From: Bacilli bacterium
Lineage (GTDB): Bacteria > Bacillota_I > Bacilli_A > RFN20 > CAG-826
DNA: 64,000 nucleotides
NCBI GenBank assembly: GCA_050952725.1
Contig: JBMNLN010000001.1
Coordinates: forward strand, 880,108-944,107
Direction: 5' to 3'
The position numbers and the translations under genes were made by a program. Numbering within the stretch: position 1 is the first letter of the stretch; each line of letters opens with the position of its first letter. A model generated the notes under the pieces. That model had not been told where the DNA came from. It was given only the letters and a program-made list of their open reading frames with translations, and searched no databases. Positions 58,633-64,000 of this stretch are shown piece by piece.

Positions 58633-59919
58633 TTATTTTTTACCTCCCATCTTTTTAATGATTGCGGTAACTTCGATTACGTGAGGATCAGGGGGAGGAG
58701 GTGCGCAAACTTCAAGTGGCGCCTTTTTCTTCTTGCGCCACCTTTGAATGATTTCATAGAATAAGAGCGCAAAGGCCGAGCAATAGACGATAACCGCGAT
58801 GATAATATCGATAATTTCGGGTTTGAAACCATAAATTTGAATCGTATTCCCGCCGCGGCGAATAAAGGTGACAAATAAGGTCGAGAAGATAATGCCAATC
58901 GGACTTGTTTGTCCGAGCAAGGCAATCGCAATACCATCGAAACCTTCGGGGCGAATTTCTTCGATAACCGCGTAGTTACTTCCAGAATTATAGGCACCAG
59001 AAGCGAGAATAAAAAAGGCACCACCTAAACCGGCTAATGCGCCCGCAATCAAAAATGATAAGGTGATTGAACGTTTTTCCGAGATGCCACCATAACGGGC
59101 CGCCTCATGGTTAAAACCACATGCTTTGAGTTCATATCCGAGTTTGGTTTTATTTAAGATGATACTGATGATGATCGCAATCAAGATGGCAATGATAAAG
59201 GCAATATCAACACTTGAGCCTTTGAAGATGGTTCGCAAACCTAAAGTCGGGGTAAATGCATTTTTACTTACAGTGACCGAAAGGTTGCGGTTGATATCAA
59301 AAAGACCAATTCCAGACTTAATAATTTGGTTCACCATAAACATCCCGATATAGTTCATCATGATGCAGGTGATGACTTCATTGACACTAAAAAAAGCTTT
59401 GGCTAGTCCAGGGACTAAGCCCCAAATCAGCCCACCGATAATTCCCGCTAGACATGCGAGCATCCACAGCCAGGGACTTGGAATAGCTTTTAAAAGGACG
59501 CCGACCATCATCGCACAGAGCATTCCGACTGTGAATTGCCCGGATGCACCGATGTTAAAAAGGCCAGTTTTAAAGGCAAATCCAACCGCAAGCCCCGTCA
59601 TCAGCAAGGGAGGCAACAAGCCGAGCCAGTTTCCGATTCCGGTTAAGCGTTGGCTAGGAAGAAAAATCCATCCTCCCAGCATCGTGTAAAACGAGGGGAA
59701 AGCCTCAGCGGGTCGCGAAACAATCATAATCACTAACCCAGCAATTAATCCCGCGACGATGGCGATTAAAGCCGGGGCGATTTTTTTCAAAAGACCTTTA
59801 ATTTTATTTTCTTTTTCTTGTGGAACCTCACCTTCGACATGGGGAGGTTGTTGATCGATTGAAGAGATATTGACTGGATTTTCTTCAATTGCCAAGTTTT
59901 TGGTTTTTTTGTTGTCCAT
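58633..59919 (-). CDS. ABC transporter permease, BMP-family nucleoside uptake system (NupP/YufP-like)
   Basis: 428 aa polytopic with a hydrophilic N-terminus. It is adjacent to the second permease. Confidence 0.75.
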   Translation of the reverse strand: MDNKKTKNLAIEENPVNISSIDQQPPHVEGEVPQEKENKIKGLLKKIAPALIAIVAGLIAGLVIMIVSRPAEAFPSFYTMLGGWIFLPSQRLTGIGNWLGLLPPLLMTGLAVGFAFKTGLFNIGASGQFTVGMLCAMMVGVLLKAIPSPWLWMLACLAGIIGGLIWGLVPGLAKAFFSVNEVITCIMMNYIGMFMVNQIIKSGIGLFDINRNLSVTVSKNAFTPTLGLRTIFKGSSVDIAFIIAILIAIIISIILNKTKLGYELKACGFNHEAARYGGISEKRSITLSFLIAGALAGLGGAFFILASGAYNSGSNYAVIEEIRPEGFDGIAIALLGQTSPIGIIFSTLFVTFIRRGGNTIQIYGFKPEIIDIIIAVIVYCSAFALLFYEIIQRWRKKKKAPLEVCAPPPPDPHVIEVTAIIKKMGGKK

Positions 59920-61531
59920 CTTGGACCTTACCTCCTGCCATATAGATTCCTAACTCTTCGACATTAGTTTGTTTGGGATTAAGTTCAGCGACAATGCGCC
60001 CTTCATACATCACCAGGATGCGATCGCTTAAATTCATCACCTCTTCAAGTTCAAGAGAAATCATTAAAACCGCTTTACCTTGATCGCGTTGACGCACGAC
60101 TTCGGCATGAATATATTCAACCGCTCCGACATCAAGGCCACGAGTTAGTTGAACGGCGACTAATAGATTCCCCCCGGTCGTGGTTTCTCGAGCGATAATC
60201 GCTTTTTGCTGATTGCCACCAGACATTGATCGAGCTAAGGTTTTAGCCCCTAAAGAAGCCCGAATGTCATAACGCGCAATTAAATCATCCGCATGCTGAT
60301 ACATGCTGACAAAATTAAGAAAACCATATTTGCTAAAAGGGGCCTTATGATATTTTTTTAAAGCGAGATTTTGGGCTAAATCATAATCGAGCACCAGACC
60401 GTGCCGATGCCGATCTTCGGGAATATGGGAAACTCCTTTTTCATTGCGGTAATGAATGGTCTTATTGGTAATATCCTCGCCATTTAGGTAAATGTGGCCT
60501 GATTCAACATTGACAAGTCCAGTGATGGCTTTGGCAACATCGCTTTGCCCATTCCCTTCAATTCCCGCTAAACAGACAATTTCTCCTTCATGGACAGAAA
60601 AACTCACATCATTGACGATGTTTTTCTTGCTAAAGAAGTTTTTCACCATGAGATTTTCCACCCTTAGGGTTTCTTTCCCCGGAACTGCTGGTTGTTTATT
60701 GACGGTTAATTCCACATCGCGACCGACCATCATGCGCGATAATTCTTCAATTGAAGTCTGGTCTTTATCAACGGTTCCGATTAATTTTCCTTTGCGAAGT
60801 ACGGTCACGCGATCGGCGACCATCATGATTTCATTTAGTTTATGAGTGATAAAGAGAATTGATTTTCCCTCTTGCGCCATGCCTTGCATGATTCCCATTA
60901 ACTCTTCAATTTCTTGAGGGGTTAAGACGGCAGTCGGTTCATCGAAAATCAAAATATCATTATCGCGATAGAGCATTTTAATAATCTCGGTGCGCTGCTG
61001 CATTCCAACCGAGATATTTTCGACTTTCGCATCTAAATCAACGTGTAATTTATAGCGATTAGCAATTTCTTTAATTCGTTCTCGCGCCTTTTTTCGATTT
61101 AAAATCCCCGCCTTTTCGGCTGGTTCAGCCCCGAGGATGATGTTGTCTAAAACGGTGAAAACTTCAACTAATTTAAAATGCTGATGGACCATGCCAATGC
61201 CCAGAGCATTCGCGTCGTTAGGATTATGAATTTCCACGCGTTTTCCTTCTTTATATATTTCGCCTTTCTCAGGTTTATAGATGCCAAAAAGCACGCTCAT
61301 TAGCGTCGATTTTCCTGCACCGTTTTCCCCGAGAAGGGCGTGAATTTCACCTTTTTTTAATGTCAAAGAAATATCGTCATTGGCGATGATTCCCGGGAAT
61401 TCCTTGGTGATATGTCGCATTTCAATCACATAAGGGGAATCAGTTTGAATCGTTGATGGAACACGTGAGTTTTCTCCCTTGACGATCAGTTCATCAACTG
61501 GTTTGATTTCATGTTTGGGTTTATTTTGCAT
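59885..61531 (-). CDS. ABC transporter ATP-binding protein with two fused NBDs (NupO/YufO-like)
   Basis: Two Walker A regions (GENGAGKST and a second in the C-terminal half), an LSGGNQQK signature and two Walker B motifs. Length is 548 aa. Confidence 0.8.
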   Translation of the reverse strand: MQNKPKHEIKPVDELIVKGENSRVPSTIQTDSPYVIEMRHITKEFPGIIANDDISLTLKKGEIHALLGENGAGKSTLMSVLFGIYKPEKGEIYKEGKRVEIHNPNDANALGIGMVHQHFKLVEVFTVLDNIILGAEPAEKAGILNRKKARERIKEIANRYKLHVDLDAKVENISVGMQQRTEIIKMLYRDNDILIFDEPTAVLTPQEIEELMGIMQGMAQEGKSILFITHKLNEIMMVADRVTVLRKGKLIGTVDKDQTSIEELSRMMVGRDVELTVNKQPAVPGKETLRVENLMVKNFFSKKNIVNDVSFSVHEGEIVCLAGIEGNGQSDVAKAITGLVNVESGHIYLNGEDITNKTIHYRNEKGVSHIPEDRHRHGLVLDYDLAQNLALKKYHKAPFSKYGFLNFVSMYQHADDLIARYDIRASLGAKTLARSMSGGNQQKAIIARETTTGGNLLVAVQLTRGLDVGAVEYIHAEVVRQRDQGKAVLMISLELEEVMNLSDRILVMYEGRIVAELNPKQTNVEELGIYMAGGKVQDGQQKNQKLGN

Positions 61532-61610
61532 AAAGTGCTCAATATAAAAAAAGAAGATTAGTTAGTGAGAAGGGGCAAGGAAAATCCCTGCCCCTATGTA
61601 TTTTTATAAA

Positions 61611-62747
61611 TTAGGCTTCGTAGGTGACGGTAATCTTGGTCAAGACTTCATCGAGAGCTTCAACCGTAGCTTTAGCGTTGGCAGCTTTTTCTTCATCGGT
61701 ATCGCCTTCGACGAGATAGTTTTCGGGTAAGCGCGCCGCGACGTCGACAGTACCATCGACTAATTTAGCAAAGACGGCTTGATACTCCGCCAAGGTGAAG
61801 GTTTCAAATTTCCAGCTTTCTTCTTTGGTTGGTAAGCCAACTCCATCTTTACTGGCATCGAGATTCCAGGTGGTGCCACCTTCCCAAGTGCCATCATAGT
61901 GAGCGGTTAAAGCTTGAATAACCGATGCGGCTAAACCTTTAACGGCCGAGGTAATCACCGTGTCTGACATATGACCTTGGTCAACGTCAACGCCGATGAC
62001 CTTGCCATTTTTACCTTCAGCTGCTTGCATGACCGATAACCCAACCGCACCACCGCAAGCAAAGATAATTTCTGAACCAGATTGATACCAGGTTTCAGCT
62101 TTCGATAATGCTTCAAGCGAGGCTTTAAAGTTACCAGTATAGTGGTATTTAACCGGGATAATTTCGGTCAATCCCAGTTCAGTGGCGGCATCATCAATTC
62201 CGATTAAGTAGCCAAGTCCGAAGCGTTTGACCGCGGGGACGGCCATTCCGCCCATAAAGGCTAACTTGCGATAACCATCTTTAACAGCGGCATAGCCGGC
62301 TAAGTAGCCCGATTGTTCCTCAGCGTATAAAATCGGTTGGACATTCGCATTGGTTTTGAATTCGGAGTAATCGCCACTATGTGGTTCACCGTCAAGCAAA
62401 ATAAAGTGGACATCGGGGTATTTATCTTGGCAGATGAAGATCGGCTCTTCAAACAAATAGCCTGGGGTGACGACAACTTTCGCGCCATTGTTGACCGCGA
62501 GATCGATCATTTCGACATATTCGGTCGTGCTTTGGCCGCCGGGTTTGTAGTATTGATGGGAAATGCCGTGCTCTTTTGCATAGGCTTTAACCCCTTCCCA
62601 TGCCCCTTGGTTAAAGGATTGATCGTCGATATCACCAAGGTCGGTGATAAGGGCGATTTCGTAGTTTTTGGGTCCACATGAAGTAAGACCGGCGACGAGT
62701 CCTAGCGCCGCAAACGCAACAAATCCGACATTTTTGATTTTTTTCAT
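61611..62747 (-). CDS. BMP-family (Med/PnrA/TmpC) substrate-binding lipoprotein, probably nucleoside-binding
   Basis: Signal peptide plus lipobox (GLTSCG), and a periplasmic-binding-protein fold typical of basic membrane proteins. Confidence 0.8.
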   Translation of the reverse strand: MKKIKNVGFVAFAALGLVAGLTSCGPKNYEIALITDLGDIDDQSFNQGAWEGVKAYAKEHGISHQYYKPGGQSTTEYVEMIDLAVNNGAKVVVTPGYLFEEPIFICQDKYPDVHFILLDGEPHSGDYSEFKTNANVQPILYAEEQSGYLAGYAAVKDGYRKLAFMGGMAVPAVKRFGLGYLIGIDDAATELGLTEIIPVKYHYTGNFKASLEALSKAETWYQSGSEIIFACGGAVGLSVMQAAEGKNGKVIGVDVDQGHMSDTVITSAVKGLAASVIQALTAHYDGTWEGGTTWNLDASKDGVGLPTKEESWKFETFTLAEYQAVFAKLVDGTVDVAARLPENYLVEGDTDEEKAANAKATVEALDEVLTKITVTYEA

Positions 62748-62982
62748 AGTTTCCTCCTTTTCTAATTTTGAAATAATGAAAAAATCGCAAAAGAAAATTT
62801 CATTGATTTAATCAATATGCCAAACGAGTTTGTTCCTTTGGGAAAAAATTATAATCCATGAAATCATCTCTGCAATTTAAATATAAACTATTTTCAAATA
62901 ATTGTGAAAGGGTTTCTTGATTAAAGCGGTTACTTTCCAAAAAGTGATATCGCGGACTTCCCATCTTTCCATTCAAAGAAAA

Positions 62983-63012
62983 AGCCCATCATTTTGAAGG
63001 GCTGATTTTGAA
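62983..63012 (-). terminator. Rho-independent terminator after rplT
   Basis: Minus-strand stem agccc-(11-nt loop)-gggct followed by TTTTT, immediately 3' of the rplT stop. Confidence 0.45.
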
Positions 63013-63030
63013 TATTTTTTAAGATTATAA

Positions 63031-63387
63031 CTACTTTAGTTGGGCTTTTGCCGTATCGACTAACTTGGTGAAAGCTGCGCCATCATGAATTGCGAGTTCA
63101 CTCAACATTTTGCGATTGATATCGATGTTGGCTAAGCGCAAGCCATTCATAAACCGACTATACGAGATATCGTTATTCCGGCAAGCGGCGTTAATTCGAC
63201 GAATCCAGAGTTTGCGCATCTCGCGTTTTAATTTCTTGCGATCGATATAGGAATAGCGATGGGAGCGCATCACTTGCTCATTGGCAGTCCTAAAAAGTAA
63301 TTTCTTTGAACCAAAATAACCTTTGGCTTGTTTTAAAATTCTCTTTCGCCGCGCCCGGGTTTGGACGCTATTTTTGACTCGTGCCAT
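63031..63387 (-). CDS. rplT: 50S ribosomal protein L20
   Basis: [29 protein letters not shown] is the canonical L20 sequence. Confidence 0.9.
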   Translation of the reverse strand: MARVKNSVQTRARRKRILKQAKGYFGSKKLLFRTANEQVMRSHRYSYIDRKKLKREMRKLWIRRINAACRNNDISYSRFMNGLRLANIDINRKMLSELAIHDGAAFTKLVDTAKAQLK

Positions 63388-63397
63388 AATCTACCTC

Positions 63398-63592
63398 CTA
63401 CTTGGAAACCATATGCTTAATCCGCTTCACATCGGAGGGATGGACTAAGGTTGATTTACGTAAATGTCTTTTTTGTTTTTGGGTTTTGCGGGGGGCAAGG
63501 TGAGAAACATACGCATGGTGACGTATTAATTTGCCCGTTCCTGTAACTTTAATCCGCTTCATTAAGGCGCGGTTACTCTTCATTTTTGGCAT
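63398..63592 (-). CDS. rpmI: 50S ribosomal protein L35
   Basis: [27 protein letters not shown] is the canonical L35 sequence, 64 aa. Confidence 0.9.
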   Translation of the reverse strand: MPKMKSNRALMKRIKVTGTGKLIRHHAYVSHLAPRKTQKQKRHLRKSTLVHPSDVKRIKHMVSK

Positions 63593-63605
63593 AACTAACT
63601 TCCTC

Positions 63606-64000
63606 CTACTTTTTGTGCTTCGATGCTAAAATGGCGTTTAAGAACCGACCTTCCATATAAGGCTTTTTCTCTACGGTGGCGTGTTCTTCGACTTGAGCGA
63701 TGAAATTATCCATCACGGCTTCCCCGACATCGATATGCGACATCTGACGACCGCGGAATCGAATCGCAACTTTGACGCGATTGCCTTCTTTTAAGAAGCG
63801 GATTGCCGCTTGAACTTTGACGTTCAAATCATGGGTATCGATAACTGGGGTCATCCGCACTTCTTTTAACTCCACGATTTTTTGATTGCGCTTGATCTCT
63901 TTCGCGCGTTTTTGCTCTTCAAACCGGTATTTCCCGTAGTTGAGAATTTTACAGACGGGGGGATTGGCATTAGGAGCGACGCAGAACAAGTCGAGATTAT
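63606..64000 (-). CDS. infC: translation initiation factor IF-3, N-terminus outside the window
   Basis: ...[20 protein letters not shown] and the C-domain pattern, in the conserved infC-rpmI-rplT order. The minus-strand frame stays open to the window edge, and the ORF-track M at 63989 is a TTG codon. Confidence 0.8.
   Translation of the reverse strand, partial: NLDLFCVAPNANPPVCKILNYGKYRFEEQKRAKEIKRNQKIVELKEVRMTPVIDTHDLNVKVQAAIRFLKEGNRVKVAIRFRGRQMSHIDVGEAVMDNFIAQVEEHATVEKKPYMEGRFLNAILASKHKK

Noticed and set aside
1-64000. Possibility of a mycoplasma-type code (UGA=Trp), given the small-genome flavour.
   Set aside because: Well-supported genes terminate at TGA, followed immediately by terminators or the next gene's RBS (pepP, glgA, addA junctions), and Trp positions use TGG. 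The standard code applies.
1-64000. CRISPR arrays, IS elements, integrases, prophage or tRNA/rRNA genes.
   Set aside because: I found no short direct-repeat arrays, no transposase-like or integrase-like ORFs, and no intergenic region with tRNA-like or rRNA-like sequence. All larger intergenic regions are accounted for by promoters, terminators or the T-box.

Overview
This is a 64 kb chromosomal segment from a low-GC Gram-positive (Bacillota-type) genome. It uses the standard genetic code: TGA is a stop (e.g. pepP ends at 1710-1712 and glgA at 37570-37572), so it is not a UGA=Trp mycoplasma. I estimate GC at about 43% by eye. Coding density is high, with about 60 genes, short or overlapping junctions and many clean Rho-independent terminators.

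Most of the content is housekeeping:
- DNA repair and replication: addB-addA, priA.
- Translation and ribosome: leuS with a T-box leader, tyrS, rpsD, rpmB, infC-rpmI-rplT, rqcH.
- RNA modification: trmL, trmB, rlmN, thiI, and an RsmB-like gene.
- Metabolism: glpK, ppa, gmk, rpe, coaX, glgC-glgD-glgA, and a short NAPRTase.
- Peptidases: pepP, M20 and M42 families.
- Signalling and division: the stp and Ser/Thr kinase pair, ezrA-nifZ-thiI.
- Membrane transport: MscS, CorA, an ECF S-component, and a BMP-family nucleoside ABC transporter.

Gene order matches Bacillus (tyrS/rpsD ... ezrA-nifZ-thiI; priA ... rsmB-rlmN-stp-prkC-rpe). I found no rRNA, tRNA, CRISPR array, transposase or integrase.

The stand-out element is a compact three-gene operon at 28349-33794. 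It has its own promoter and a strong terminator. It encodes a JetA/MksF-like protein (485 aa), a JetB/MksE-like protein (209 aa) and a MukB/MksB/JetC-type SMC-like ATPase (1127 aa) in kleisin-KITE-SMC order. It has no adjacent JetD/MksG toprim nuclease; glgC begins right after the terminator.

Secondary oddities:
- A 380-aa unknown ORF is translationally coupled to the 3' end of addA.
- AddB is a nuclease-only form with no Walker A.
- The RsmB-like gene in the conserved priA-rsmB-rlmN slot has lost its SAM-binding motif and both catalytic cysteines.
- That same operon lacks def, fmt and rsgA, and is interrupted by an acidic-tailed 166-aa protein followed by a terminator.
- The PrkC-type kinase is kinase-domain-only.
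- Two CxxC thioredoxin-like lipoproteins are present.
- The glycogen synthesis cluster has no branching enzyme in the window.
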